A DNA stretch of 64,000 nucleotides from contig OX597830.1 of NCBI GenBank assembly GCA_951406725.2, positions 15,314,001 through 15,378,000 of the forward strand, given 5' to 3'. Below the pieces are notes generated by a model that worked only from the letters and a program-made list of their open reading frames with translations, did not search any database and was not told the origin of the DNA. The DNA is from Octopus vulgaris (lineage: Eukaryota). Below are positions 27,184-42,972 of the stretch, piece by piece. Each line of letters starts with the position of its first letter. Positions within the stretch are counted from its first letter, which is position 1. A program made the position numbers and the translations under genes.

Positions 27184-27501
27184 CATACATGTATACATAC
27201 AAATGTACGCATCTATTTATCTAGAACCTCTCCCTCTCTCTTTCTGAATATATATATATGCAAGCTAATGCACATATATAGATGTATATGTGTGTGTATG
27301 CGTGTACATATGTATGGGTGTATATATATATATATATTGTATGTTGTTCCATAATTATATATGTATATGGGCATGTGATTCATGGACCTGTGTTCCCTGC
27401 AAGCATGAGTACGTGTGCGTGCGTATGTGTATGTGTACGTGTGTCTGTGTGTGTGTGTATATTTGTATGCGGGCGCGTGTATGCTTGTGTGCGTGTATAT
27501 G

Positions 27502-27555
<54 letters not shown>

Positions 27556-28048
27556 ACAATTGGACAGAATTTAAGAAAAAAGGATTAAAAACTGCACAGA
27601 AATCTCTAAGTAAGACTTGACAGTGGTTTCGACATGACACAGGAAATGCTTACTCGACAGCAGTGGACATATACCAGAAAAAAACCTAATTCTGCATAAG
27701 AATTAGTCTTTTTTTATCCAGTTTGCAAGTTAATACTTTTATAAGTAAATATCTACGCAAGCGAAGGTCGTAAGCAAAGTAAAGCTACAGACGTATGTTT
27801 ACTAATGCCTCTGAATAGTCAACTTGGACATTGTAATCACACATAGAGACACTATAAATGCGTGTATCACGACAGTGTCTTGAGGACTTTTAGCTTAGTG
27901 TCCGCCAAATAAAAATAAAAAAATCATACACGAACATACAACATACTGGCATACAACTATCTGCGTTTGTATGTATGTGTGTGTGTATATGTGTGCATGT
28001 ATATATATATATATATATACATATGTATATACACACATATATATATAC

Positions 28049-28129
<81 letters not shown>

Positions 28130-28199
28130 AACACATATATATATTCAATACATGCATACACATACACACATGTATATATGTGTGAGTGTGTGTGCATAA

Positions 28200-28242
<43 letters not shown>

Positions 28243-28279
28243 TATTTTATACATGCATATACATTCATACACACACGTG

Positions 28280-28319
<40 letters not shown>

Positions 28320-28344
28320 CATGCATATACATTCATACACACAC

Positions 28345-28383
<39 letters not shown>

Positions 28384-28528
28384 TATATTCAATACATGCA
28401 TATACATACACATGTATATATGTATTTGTATACGTGTGAGTGTGTGTACATAAGTATATATATATACATATATATCTTATACATGCATATACATTCATAC
28501 ACACACGCATGTATGTATATATATATAT

Positions 28529-28561
<33 letters not shown>

Positions 28562-28645
28562 CCTACATTACAACACATGCATATGTGTGTATAAGTATTT
28601 ATATAATGTCTGTGTGTATATATATATATATACATATATTAAGAA

Positions 28646-28682
<37 letters not shown>

Positions 28683-30057
28683 GTGAAGGAGTATAGTCAT
28701 CTATATATGCATGGGTTTGCGTCTTGTGATGCCATTATTTTTATGTAGAATCTAAATAGATCCGCTATGCATCATGTGACTTTGGAAATTTCAGCGGCAG
28801 TAGTTGTGATCCAAGATAAACTGAAATCTAATGAAGAATACGTAATCCCTTTCTCATGGCAACGCTTCCATGCCAAGTGACAATCATTATATTGCCATTA
28901 AACATCTCAACATGGGGAATGTTATACCGCGTTTCATCACCAAAATATTTAACGTGTAGAAACATATTTCAACCCCACAGATACAGTTGCAGCCCCACTG
29001 ATGGGGGAATTTATTATAACATTCACCAATTCAGCTTTCTAATAGGAACCACGGTTAAGAATCTCATTTCGCATTTACGTGTTTTCGGTTTTAATACTAC
29101 TGCGCCCAGGGTCAACCAAAGCGTCGTGATTTAAAATTTAGGTGGGCTTAAATTGTGGAAAGACTGTTCGTGTTTCTTGGGTGATAATGTGTTATGACAT
29201 TGAAAACCCTTCCTGACCCTTTCGATGCCTTTAAGGAAATCCATTTTGGTGCAAGCGTCGGGTGCAAACTTCTCACCAATCTCGAAAGTCCTAGATAAGA
29301 TTATGGGCGTCACCTTTCCTCCTCTGACTAAGACATAATATTTTCTTTAAGCTCTTGTTCTATACACTCTGTCTGACTCATTTCTTAAAACCCTTGTCCT
29401 GTACACCCTCACACGTCTTCATATATCATGGTTTTGTCTTAGTTTTCTACGATAATGTGGTACAAATGTGTAACAACATGGTTTATCAAAATATTTTACT
29501 TCAAAATATTTAATTATTAACTTAAATGGATCCATGTGTGTCTATGTATGTATGTATGTAAAGTTAATCCAAACAAGAAAGCACAAAAAAAACACAACAA
29601 AGCGAGGACGTGGAACAAATATAGTATTATTGGACGCTCAGGAAAGAAGGAAAGTAGGAGGGTTTAACGTTTCGAGCGGAGCTCTTCGTCGGAAACATAG
29701 GAGAAGCAAAGATCCAGAGAAGGGAAGACAGAGGGAAAAAAATCGCCAACGGTACACACGAGGTCACATATGTATGTATGTATGTATGTATATAGGTTTG
29801 TATGTATGTATTATATAGGTATGTATGTATATAAGTATGTATGTATGTATGTATGTATGTATGTATGTATGTATGTATGTAGGTAGGTAGGTAGGTATGC
29901 ATGCATGTATGTATGTATGTATGTTTATATGTATGTATGTATATAGGTGTGTATGTATGTATGTATGTAGGTAGGTAGGTAGGTAGGTAGGTAAAGTATG
30001 CATGTATGTATATATGTTTAAATGTATGTATGTATCTGCGTGTGTGCGTGCGCGCGC

Positions 30058-30132
<75 letters not shown>

Positions 30133-31819
30133 CTTTTTCTCTTTTTAATGCTAGAGTAAATTTTGACCGGCTACCTACTTGGAGCAACCGTCATCCTTTA
30201 AATCTTAATAAGATCTTGCAGATATTTTAAGTCCCGGATGTCGAGATCATTTGTAGCGTATGAATTAAGGATTTGCGTTTCTCTCTCGCAATATCTCAAA
30301 TTCAGCTATACTTTGCTCCAGACGGGTTGGTATATATCTTGTTGCTCCAATAATAATAAGTATGAAACTGAGAGTATATCTTGGGTTATGTATGTATGTA
30401 TGTATGTATGTATGTATGTATGTATGTATGTATGTATGTATGTATGTATGTATGTATGTATGGCCGCGACTTGTATGCGGGTAATGATTTGGTAATAGGT
30501 ACGATCTTTCGCTAATTGTTTTACGAGTATATATAGTTGCGAACAGATGTAAGTAACTTCTCTGCCCTCCCATTTATGGCCCAGCGGCAAAACAAAAAAT
30601 TTTCAAATACCCGCCTATCCGCAAGTAATAATCCATTGGGTTGTCCGGAAAGTTCGTGCCGATTTTTAAAGGAAAGAAAAAGGTTAATAAATACTGCCAT
30701 TACATTTTTAATCAACCAAATATGAACCATTTTGTTGCACAATGCGTCTCCATCTTTCCTTTAACTTGAAAATACCCCCTTCCCAGAATTGAGGTGGTTT
30801 CATGGCAGAGAATTCATCAAGGTATCTTTTTACATCATCCAAGGAATTGATGTTTTTACCATTAAAACTATTCTGCAGAATAAGTGAAAATCTGAAGGAG
30901 CAATATCTGGTGAATATGGAGGGTGGGGTAACACATCCCAGCCGAGCTGCTGCAATTTTTATCTGGTTCCCAAAGCATCAAGTGCCGAAAAGGAACTTTT
31001 TATCCTCCATTTTGAAGGGTTACAGAATTAACACAGGTTATAAGAACATAAACCTTCTTCCATGAAAAGATAGCTTAAACTGTGCTCTAAATGGAGGTGT
31101 AATCAAATCCTATTTTATGGACTCAACCATGTTCTAAAATAAGCCGAAATATAAGCTACTATAAATCGGCACGAACTTTCCGGACAACCCAATAATTTAT
31201 GCTCAGTTCTAAATCACTTCCAATGCGTTGTTATCTCTAATATAATGCTATATCCGCTTTTTCTACATAAACCTACCCTGCAATAGAATATATGTTACAT
31301 AAGGCTTTGTGAATATTATTATTCACTCTACACCAATTCATTCCACAATTCTTAATCTTGGGAATTATGCCAATGCTAGTTTGTAATATTTTTTAATAAA
31401 AAATAAAGATAAGAAATAACATTGGATGTTACTGCAACACAGAAAATAAACGTAATTTTCCAAGGAGTTTGTTGGAGGAATCGATAAAAATATAAAATGA
31501 GTCAATTCAACGAAGAGTTTCACTGAAAAAATAAACAGTGTCATCACTATAACCTAAATTTGGTATTTTAATGATACCATTGCCTGGTAGATGTCACTTT
31601 TCACTTTACGCAAAACCCTTACTCTCTTTTACACTTTTACTTGTTTCAGTCAGTTGACTACGGCCATGCTGGAGCACCGTCTTTAGTCGAGTAAATCGAC
31701 CCCAGGATTTATTCTTTGTAAGCCTAGTACTTATTCTATCGGTGTCTTTTTGCCGAACCGCTAAGTTACAGGGACGTAAACACACCAGCATCGGTTGTCA
31801 AGCGATATTGGGGGACAAA
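23262..31819. repeat. copy 2 of the ~8.5 kb duplication
   Basis: Starts immediately after the gap with atttacatatatgcagac, as at 14724. Confidence 0.95.
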
Positions 31820-31832
31820 CACAGATACACAA

Positions 31833-31864
<32 letters not shown>

Positions 31865-31957
31865 ACACACATTTCCTTCTTTCCTGAGCGTCCAATAATA
31901 CCATATTTGTTCCACGTCCTCGCGTTGTTGTGTTTTTTTGTGTTTTCTTGTTTGGAT

Positions 31958-32021
<64 letters not shown>

Positions 32022-32215
32022 CATATATATGACGGACTTCTTTCATTTTCCGTCTACCAAATCCACTCAAAAGGCTTTGGTCGGCCCGAGGCTATAGTAG
32101 AAAACACTTGCCCAAGGTGCCACGCAGTGGGACTGAACCCAGAACCATGTGGCTGGTAAGCAAGCTACTTACCACACAGCCGATCCTGCGCTAACTTACC
32201 ACACAGCCACTCCTG
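31621..32215 (-). mobile_element. SINE family A with a partial P2 element (31872-31961) in its spacer
   Basis: Family match; short duplication of cttaccacacagcc at the head. Confidence 0.85.
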
Positions 32216-32269
32216 CCCTCTGTGCGTTTTTATTTCTATTCATTTACATCCATCTATATTCTTGTATTT

Positions 32270-32670
32270 CTTTATCGATCAGGTTGTTGTTGCACACTGC
32301 TCGTCACAATGCGCTTCCAATTCCTACTTTATTGTACCTTTCTATTAACATTTTGACCCAAATCGTTTTGACTATTCGTCTTCCTATCAACGTTGATCCT
32401 TCCAAGTGGCCTTTACTAATCTCTTGGATTCCACTTCTACAGCTCTACTTGTTTCCTGTGAACCTTGTTACATGTTTGCCTAGCGGAACTTTTATTTTGG
32501 GTATTCTGCGACTAGGTTGCCCATTCTGCTTTTTTCTTGAATTACTACAATTCGGATACGTTCTCGCAATGAAATACCTAGCATAGATCTTTCTGTGTCC
32601 CTTTGTATTGTAGCCAATCTATGTTCTTTCTTCTTCACTGTATCCCATATCTCACTTGCATATAAATCCG
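32270..32670 (-). mobile_element. RTE-clade LINE 3' remnant
   Basis: Minus-strand translation LYASEIWDTVKKKEHRLATIQRDTERSMLGISLRERIR..HVTRFTGN..WNPRD..RPLGR, with stops. Confidence 0.8.
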
Positions 32671-32901
32671 ATTGGTTCGCTACACTGTGTCCTTTTTTTT
32701 AGTACAATGAATATTCTATCAACTATTGATAATATTTTTCTAAAATATATACAACTCAAATATGTATGTAACGTATGTATGTATGTATGTATGTATGTAT
32801 GTATGTATGTATGTATGTATGTATGTATGTATGTATGAATGTATGTAATGTGTGTATGTATGTATGTGTGTGTATGTATGTGTGTATGTAATGTGTGTAT
32901 G

Positions 32902-32935
<34 letters not shown>

Positions 32936-32981
32936 TGTATGTATGTATGTATGTATGTATGTATGTATGTATGTATGTATG

Positions 32982-33012
<31 letters not shown>

Positions 33013-33816
33013 TGTATGTGTGTCATTATTCAGTTTTATTTCAAGATTTCTTGCCAATAGAGAGAAGAGCCGTTTTCTAACCTAGGTCCAAAACTCCTTC
33101 ATTGGTATTTCTACAGCATCAACAGAGAATTTTTGTATGTATGTATGTATGTATGTATGTATGTATGTATGTATGTATGTATGTATGTACGTACTATGTA
33201 TGTATATGTGCAGATTTGTATGTTTTGTTTTATCGATGTATTCTCATGCATATAGTTGCATATCTAGACATGCTCATATATACTTAAATGCTAAACTTCT
33301 GGAAAGTTTTACAGATTTTTACAGTTCTAGTGACGGCTTGGATCTGTAGTCTTCGAATCAGCTTTCTCCTTTCTCCTTTCTCGTAGTCCGAGTGTTCCAT
33401 GGTTTTGAAGGGTATAGAACAACATCTTAACCATTATTATTACCAAGTTTACTCCGTCCCAGAGTATTAGTACCAGTTAGGGTCCAAGTTAAAGTTTAAT
33501 TAGCATGTGAACCAATGGGAGAGAAGTTCCCTAATTCTCGTTAGACCATTCTTCTAGGAGAACTAAACTTGTAAAAAAAAAATCCTGATATGCAATCGGT
33601 TTCTGGTCAACTTTTGTTGTATCACTGGCTTTACAGATGATTGCGCTAAAAATGGATTCAGTGATGTGCAACACTTTATTCACACAAAACAAATTGATTC
33701 ACAGGAACTTCTCGGACTTTCGGAACGTTTGCACGGATTTACTGGGTGTAGGAAGTGGTCTTACTCGGACACGAGTTAACTTCCACCATGTATGTGCACT
33801 ATTATATTTAGCACTT

Positions 33817-33986
33817 TCGTGTACACTCGGACGTGGAAGGGTCTCGCTGAGAAAACTGTCTCAGGAGCAAATACTTTTAATAGACATTCATAGCCCAGTG
33901 GTGTATTTTCACACATATCTATTAGGAGAATTGTTTTCCGAGACAGTTTCTGCAGCGAAAGTCTTTCCAAGTCCAAGTGTACACGA
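33817..33986. other. 170-nt imperfect inverted repeat
   Basis: tcgtgtacactcggacgtggaag..aaactgtctc / gagacagttt..tttccaagtccaagtgtacacga. Confidence 0.8.
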
Positions 33987-34058
33987 TCTCTTCAAATGTA
34001 ATCGTACCCATATGTTTCCATCAACACTGCTTCGAGTGCTTCTAGTTAACACAAACAC

Positions 34059-34121
<63 letters not shown>

Positions 34122-34173
34122 TGTATGTATGTATGTATGTATGTATGTATGTATGTATGTATGTATGTATATA

Positions 34174-34404
34174 AGGCGGCGAGCTGGCAGAAACGTTAGC
34201 ACGCCGGGCGAAATGCGTAGCCGTATTTCGTCTGCCGTTACGTTCTGAGTTCAAATTCCGCCGAGGTCGACTTTGCCTTTCATCCTTTCGGGGTCGATAA
34301 ACTAAGTACCAGTTGCGCACTGGGTTCGATATAATCGACTTAATCCGTTTGTCTGTCCTTGTTTGTCCATCCTGTGTGTAGCCCCTTGTGGGTAGTAAAG
34401 AAAT
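34174..34404 (+). mobile_element. SINE family B, full length
   Basis: Family match. Confidence 0.9.
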
Positions 34405-35257
34405 ATATATGTATGTATGTATGTTGTGTGTGCGTGTGTATCGAAAGATATTCACAACAAGCCTACGAATCATAGATTATATATTAAAATTCTAAGGGAT
34501 TTCTGAATTATTAGGTGCTTTTGGAAGGAAGGAAGGAGTGGAATCGAATGTTTCGATATCAGGAGATTGTTTCTATTTTATTTTTTTTTTTTTTTTTATC
34601 GAGTCCTCCGGAGCAATGTAAATGACAATTGAATCCTGTAAAATTTGAACCCAAGACCTTCAGGAACGCAATATAGTTTTGTTTAGTGATTCACCGTTTC
34701 AGCTCTTCCATCACTTTTAACTGGTATGACAATATCACAATGTCGCTATTATTTCCATTTTATTTTTCAGTAGCAAGAAAGAAGAAATAAACGAAAAACA
34801 AAAAAAAAAATACAATTAAAATATTAAAATTTCAGTAATACAACGAAATATTAGATAAAGAAAACTGCAAACTGAAGCGGTAAAAATATAACTGATAACA
34901 ACTAAAACGGCATAAAAAAATTTTAAGTTAACAGAAAAATGGAAAAAAAAAAAAAAAATGAAAAAAAAAACAAAAAAAAACATTTTTCAAAGCATGAGAA
35001 ACGTAAAAGAAAATAAGAGAAATACTTCTTAAAATATGAAGACGAACGAAAAAATATCAAGAAGGCAAAAGAAATTCATGAAAAAAAAAAAAATAATATA
35101 TATATATATATATATTAGGTTTTGCAACATTTAGAAGGGAAAGAAATGTCGAAGTAAGAGCACGTAATTGTTCCTTTAAAAACATTGTCACGAACTTCAA
35201 TGTGTTTGTTTTGTGATATCAAATTGTCTGTTCGATATGTTTTTAGCTTATATATAT

Positions 35258-35331
<74 letters not shown>

Positions 35332-35400
35332 ATGTATGTGCGTATGTATGTAGGTGTGTATGTGTGTATGTATACATACATATCTATCAATCTATATTTA

Positions 35401-35457
<57 letters not shown>

Positions 35458-36046
35458 TGTATGTGTATATATGTGTGTATGTATACATACATATCTATCT
35501 ATATATCTATATTTATATTTATATATATATATATATTATACACGCACATATTGTATGTGTATATATGTGTGTGTATGTATGTATGTATGTATATAAAGAT
35601 GTTTTGTAAAATAAGTTAACAAGTGTCTGTTTATATATTCAATATGTGAAGCGATGATTTTAAAGAAATTCATGCAAAACTTGAACGAAAAAAAAAAAAC
35701 ATAAGAGAGGGATAGAGAAAGAGAGAGGAGGAAGAAAGAAACAGAGGGAGGGGAAAGAAATAGGGAGAGAAAATAAGGGTTAATGATTAGATTATGTGGC
35801 ACTTTTAACACTTGCCAGGAAATGTTTCCAGAATTATTACTCACGCTGGGTACAAGGGTGTAGATTTATACGGAGGGGGTGCGCGTGTCAGTCAATTGAA
35901 ATCACTCCAGTATCCAGACTACTATTTCATATTGTAGTAGTTATTTAGAGCCCTGTCAGCTCTGAACGAGCAGATTTATCACCAAAGACTCTCCAGCCAT
36001 GACCGTTCCAATTTGTTTTTTGCTTTTGCCTTTTGTTTTTAGACTC

Positions 36047-36204
36047 AGGCTTGACCATGTGGTAAAAAGCTTGTTTTTCGACCACATGATTCCAGGTTCA
36101 GTCATACTGCGTGGCACCTTGGGCATGTGTCTTCTACTATAGCATCGGTCTGACCAAAGACTTGTGAGTGGATGTGGTAAACGGAAACTGAAAGAAGCCT
36201 GACG

Positions 36205-36248
<44 letters not shown>

Positions 36249-36430
36249 CTTATTTATTTGTGCGTGTCCTTGTGTTTGTGCTTGTCCACAATCACTTGAC
36301 AACCAGTGTTAATGCGTTTACGTCCCCGTAACCTAGCAGTTCAGCAAAAAGAGACCGATAGGATAAGTGTCGATTTCTTTTAAGGCGGTGCTCCAGGATG
36401 GCCGCAGTCAAATAACTGAAACAAGTAAAT
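36047..36430 (+). mobile_element. SINE family A, diverged
   Basis: Family match. Confidence 0.85.
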
Positions 36431-36974
36431 TTAAACAAAAGAAGAGCTATATACCCTGGACTACATTATCTCATTACGGGATGGCAGCGCTAAAAGCAGT
36501 GATGTGCATGAGTACGAACTTGTAACCAGTTAAAATATATGCTCGTGGGCTATTCGAACCCCTATGAAAGCCATTCACTGTGTTTTGTCAGGGAGAAAAT
36601 TTTTGTCGCTGTAGTCAAATGGGTGTAAAGACATTGAATCAGCTCACAGCGCCACCTGACCATTCTAGGGGATGCATGCATTTCGGAGTGGTTATGGTTA
36701 TCTCCCCTTCAACCACATTATCCAGCATTTCTTTTTCTTTTCGGTTTTTTTTGTTGTTGTTGTTGTTTTTTGTTTTTTTCTTAAGAAGGTCAATTTTCAC
36801 CCTGACAAAAATTGCGGGCGATTTGATTGTTAATTTGGTTGACTGAACACTATATATAGCTCGAATTCATTCGTTCGAGTTATACGTAAGTTATCTGCTC
36901 ATCGATGAGAATACAAAGTTGCCATTAGCGGGATGAGATATCAGAAGTCGGAGGAAGGAAACAAAATAGTGCCG

Positions 36975-37413
36975 GGATCTTTTCGGTTTGAACGGCAGTT
37001 TTTTTCTAGCGGTGTCATATGAAATTGTCACCCATAATTATGACCCTACTATCGATCTATTGCATTTCAATCTGTTTTAGGGTTAGGGTTAGTTAGGGTT
37101 AGGGTTAGGGTTAGGGGTGGGGGGAAAGGTATCTTTTTTTCTTCAGAAATGTAAATAAACCCAATCTGTTTCTTAAACGAGGGACATATTCATATGGCAC
37201 AGAATGTTTTTTTACCTCAATAGACGTCATTAACTGATTGAAATTGCAGAAATTGAAGAAAAAAGCAACAAATATCTTACAAACTATAGAATTTTCTCTA
37301 TAAAGCCAAGAGAAAAAGATGTTTTATAAACACATTCTACCAGTATACGAAGTTTAAAAGTTTTTAGTTCCCTAGAAATTATGTTAAAAACTGCCGTTCA
37401 AACCGAAAAGATC
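36975..37413. mobile_element. Merlin-like MITE, copy 3 (longest TTAGGG tract)
   Basis: Same TIRs; ttagggttagggttagttagggttagggttagggttaggg inside. Confidence 0.85.
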
Positions 37414-37564
37414 AAATCATGTTTAAGCTGATGTACCTTTAATCTTTTACTTGTTTCAGTCATTAGACTGCGGTCATGCTGGGGCACCGCCCTGAAGAGT
37501 ATTTTGTCGAGCGAATTGACCCGTATTGTTTTTCTTTTTTTTTAAGTCAGGTACATATCATATC

Positions 37565-37878
37565 GTGGAGGTGCAATGGCATGGTGTTTAGGGCAGCGGA
37601 CTCGCGTTCGGAGGATCACGGTTTCGATTCCCAGACCGGGTGTTCTGTGTGTCTATTGAGCGTAAACACCAAAAAGCTCCACGAGGCTCCAGCAGGGGGT
37701 GGTGGCGACCCCTGTTTTACTCTTTCGCCACAACTTTCTCTCACATTCTCTTCCTGTTTTTGAGTAAAGCTGCGATGGACTGGTGTCCCATCCAGCTGGG
37801 GAGGGGAACACATACGCCACAGAAACCGGGAATCCAGGCCCATGAGCATAGCTAGGCTTGAAAAGGGCGACGTTTTTT
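37565..37878 (+). mobile_element. SINE family C, tail type 2, inserted in a family A remnant
   Basis: TSD acatatcatatc at 37553-37564 and 37879-37890; V-domain-like ctgcgatggactggtgtcccatccag. Confidence 0.88.
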
Positions 37879-38590
37879 ACATATCATATCAGTATTTTCC
37901 CCGAACCACTTTAATCAGGTCCGTTTGATAATCACCAGGAGCTAAACAACAAATACTAATAAAACTATTATTGGCAAACTTCCATTATGCTGATCTGCTG
38001 TTTGTTTCACTCTTCTTGGAATTTCATTCTTTTAGGGAATGAAAAAGGGGACACCGTTATGGAGTGGATACCATGTTCAAAACAATGAAATTGCTCCACT
38101 TGGCTCAATAACTGGGTTTAACGGTAGCTTTAGCTTTATGATTTCTTAATCAGGGAATCGAACTGTTTGTTTATGTAGGAGTAAAACTGTAGAAGATGAA
38201 GAAGACAGTAACGGCCTGGAAGAAATTGCTATGCCGCAAAGAGGACAAGAAGTCTCACGTTTCTGCCAAAACTCTTCGTCAGAGATGAGTTTATTTGAGT
38301 TGCTGGATAAACAGATTGGGAGTAGTGAGTGAGAGAGAGAATTATTATAAAAGTGAGGAATAAAGGGAGTGAAGGAGGGAAGAGAATAAGAAAGAAGTTG
38401 GATAGGTAACAAGGTGTGTGTGTGTGTGTGGGGGGGTAAGTGTTAGCGGGCAGGTAACAGTTGAAGCAAAGAGAAAATCAATAGGAATGCAAGCAGATTG
38501 GACAAGGAGTTGAGAAGAAGAGAATTCTGGTTAAAGTTATGTCGTACGTATATTTGTGTATATTTATGAGATCATGTGAATAATTGTGTG

Positions 38591-39019
38591 GGATCTTTTC
38601 GGTTTGACCGGCAGTTTTTTTCTAGCGGTGTCATATGAAATTGTCACCCATAATTATGACCCTAGTATCGATCTATTGCATTTCAATCTATTTTAGGGTT
38701 AGGGTTAATTAGGGTTAGGGTTAGGGGTGGGGAGGAGGGTATCTTTTTTTCTTCACAAATGTAAATGAACCCAATCTGTTTCTTAAACGAGGAACATATT
38801 TATACGGCACAGAATGTTTTTTTTTACCTCAATGGACGTCATTGATTGGTTGAAATTGCAGAAATTGAAGAAGTAAAAACAACAAATATCTTACAAACTT
38901 CTCAATAAAGCCAAGAGAAAAAGATGTTTTATAAATACATTCTACCAGTATACGAAGTTTAACATTTTTTAGTTACCTAGAAATTATGTTAAAAACTGCC
39001 GTTCAAACCGAAAAGATCC
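38591..39019. mobile_element. Merlin-like MITE, copy 4
   Basis: Same TIRs; perfect 8-bp TSD attgtgtg. Confidence 0.9.
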
Positions 39020-39079
<60 letters not shown>

Positions 39080-39084
39080 CATGC

Positions 39085-39161
<77 letters not shown>

Positions 39162-39507
39162 CGTGTGTGTGTTTGTGTGTGTGTGTGTGTATGTGCGTGC
39201 GTGTGTGTGTGAATCCCCATAACCTCTTGAGTCAATAGACATGTAAGCTATGACCCATAACCGATGAGATCATACAGATCACGTGACAATTTCGTTCCTA
39301 AATGTTTTAAGTAGAGCAGAACATCCAACGGGGCCCATTTTCCTTTCAAGCTAGATTGAGTTTAATACCAAAACTGCCAACAAAACATATATTTGCCAAT
39401 AAGATTCGTTCTGCGTTCCAATCGCACAGACGTCAGTTTCCCTTCACATACTCCCGTGGGCAACATAATCGATTTTTACATCGCCAAAAGTTTTGCGGTC
39501 ATGGTGC

Positions 39508-39987
<480 letters not shown>

Positions 39988-40442
39988 TGTATTTACGTTA
40001 GAAATCAATTAGACAGAAGTGTCTGTATTATTTTTATGGGTAATCTATACCACAGTTGATACCTATTTACAGCTACGTAGACTATGTTATGTCCGTGTAA
40101 AATGTTTTGGCCATGAACAGAAGGCAGCGCTGGTGATGGAATATAAACTTTTGGTCAGATATTGCGCATGTTGTTGTTGATGATGTTATCGTTGTTGTTG
40201 TTGTTGGTGTTTAACCTCTGCTCAATACTGAACCATCAAATCAAGGACAAAAATGCATTTTAGCCGTGACCACCTTTGTCGTTTGTTCGTAAACTATTTA
40301 ATGTGTTCTCCCACTTCAAAAAAAAACAAAAACATTATAGTGTGATTTAAGAGATATTTAGCTATCTTTTCTAGCGAGGTGAGCGATTAAATAGAAGCTC
40401 CCTAAGTCGCGCATGATAGGAAGCGTGTTATGGAACGGACAA

Positions 40443-40673
40443 AGGCGGCGAGCTGGCAGAAACGTTAGCACGTCGGGCGAAATGCTTAGCGGTATTTCTT
40501 CTGCCGTTACGTTGTGAGTTCAAATTCCGCCGAGGTCGACTTTGCCTTTCATTCTTTCGGGGTCGATAAATTAAGCACCAGTAACACACTGGGGTCGATG
40601 TAATCGACTTAATACCTATGTCTGTCCTTGTTTGTCCCCTCTATGTTTAGCCCCTTGTGAGTAATAAAGAAAT
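40443..40673 (+). mobile_element. SINE family B, full length
   Basis: Family match. Confidence 0.9.
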
Positions 40674-40789
40674 ATATTTTAGATTTAAAACTTCTGTATA
40701 TATAATCTTCTCATGTTAGGATAGTAGTTGTTGTGGTTGTTGTTATTGTTGCTGTTTTTGTTACTGCTGTTGTTGTTGTTGCTGCTGCT

Positions 40790-40819
<30 letters not shown>

Positions 40820-40820
<1 letters not shown>

Positions 40821-40987
40821 AGCGAACGGTCTTCATCCCAGAGCTCGCAAGATGGGAAAAGTTCGAAACGTGGTCCTTTGCTATTCGTAAGACCCGCAGA
40901 AGAGAAAGCAGGTCAACCCCCGACATCAAGAGCATCGACGGATGGATGAATGCACATACAGGCTCAGCGGTTGCGTAGGAAGTCGGA
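40820..40987 (-). mobile_element. SINE family C tail type 1, 5'-truncated
   Basis: Matches 2565-2735; embedded in (CTG/TTG)n. Confidence 0.85.
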
Positions 40988-41211
40988 GTGCTGCTGCTGC
41001 TGCTGTTGTTTAGCGTCACGTTGATCCTAATCGAACAGACCTATGATTAAAGACACCCAAACCGCAATCACCTTTGCCCTGGGTTAAGTAGGACAACATT
41101 ATTTGAGCCGATTCTTTACTTAACTCGGTAGCATGATATATGAGAGAGAACTGAGCTGAGACAATAAAACCTAACGTAGCCCCTTTTATTTTCTCTCTCT
41201 CTCTTTCTCTA

Positions 41212-41244
<33 letters not shown>

Positions 41245-41654
41245 TTATATCTCCCTTGCTCTCTCTCTCTCTATCTATCTATTTATCTCCATCTTTGTCC
41301 CAGCTACTGTCCTTCTCTCTCTCTCTCTCTTTCTCTATCTCTCTATCTCTCTCTCTTTTTTGAGGCGTATCTTGTGCTTTGAGGGAGATTTGTCGGCTAT
41401 TTCTAGCAAGTTGAGAACTAATACAGAGAGCTTCCCTCTCATTGACTCTGCTAACAATTGCTATTAAGAGATCGGCTGATGGAGAGTCGGTGATTCTGAA
41501 TTACTGCTGCAAAATGGTCTGTTGCTTTTCAAGAAACCGGATGTTGTGTTCAGCAGTCTTCTTAAACTTCTTTCCGTCTTTCCCTGATTTTTCCTCTCTA
41601 TTTTCTCTCCCACTCACTCTTAAACCTTCCATTTTTTATCCCCTCCTGTCATCC

Positions 41655-41726
<72 letters not shown>

Positions 41727-42313
41727 CTCTCTCTCTCTCTCTCCTTCTATTAGACGGCTGCGTCACTCCTTCAGTAAGCTAACACTATTCCATCAAGATC
41801 AATATCTGTTGTTGCTAACATCGTGTATTCCCTCCTTCAAAATTTCTGGCCGTATGCCAAAGTTAGAAATCAATATTATGGCAGAAACAAACCTCTCCTT
41901 TTACTCTACAAGGCCTTAAACTACAGTAAAAAGGTATCAGCAGATAGTATATTGCCATGAACGTGGCATTAGTGAACAAAAAGACCCTGTCTTTAAACCA
42001 CGTGATTTTGCTAACAATAGCGATTTCTTTTGTCTGGGCACAAATCAGTTTTTATATACGAAAAGATATAATCAATTAAATCGGTTCTAAATCTTTTACT
42101 GGTATTGATTTCGTGAACGCCAGTGGGGTGAGCAGTAAAGTGAACAGAGGCTGTATTTGGCCCTAAACATTCAAACAAAAATACTGCTGGATATTATAAG
42201 TTATTTGACTTGATGTTTTTATTCTGTTTTTGTTAACTCCCCATTCTGATAATATTAGTCATTCAGCTAATGTTGTCTTTTCCTCGTCGCATATCTTTAA
42301 TTTTTTATGTTCA

Positions 42314-42972
<659 letters not shown>

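Noticed and set aside
33616-34051. Solo LTR, or the 203-aa ORF at 33637
   Set aside because: No TSD, PBS or PPT. The ORF has no recognisable domain and runs into microsatellite and SINE sequence.
37077-37125. Telomere or chromosome-fusion scar
   Set aside because: The TTAGGG units are internal to a multi-copy MITE.
38179-38323. Possible exon SKTVEDEEDSNGLEE..
   Set aside because: No homology recognised. The segment contains a decayed HHR-like motif on the minus strand (ctgacgaagag..gaaacgtg, about 38252-38286), which suggests a repeat remnant.
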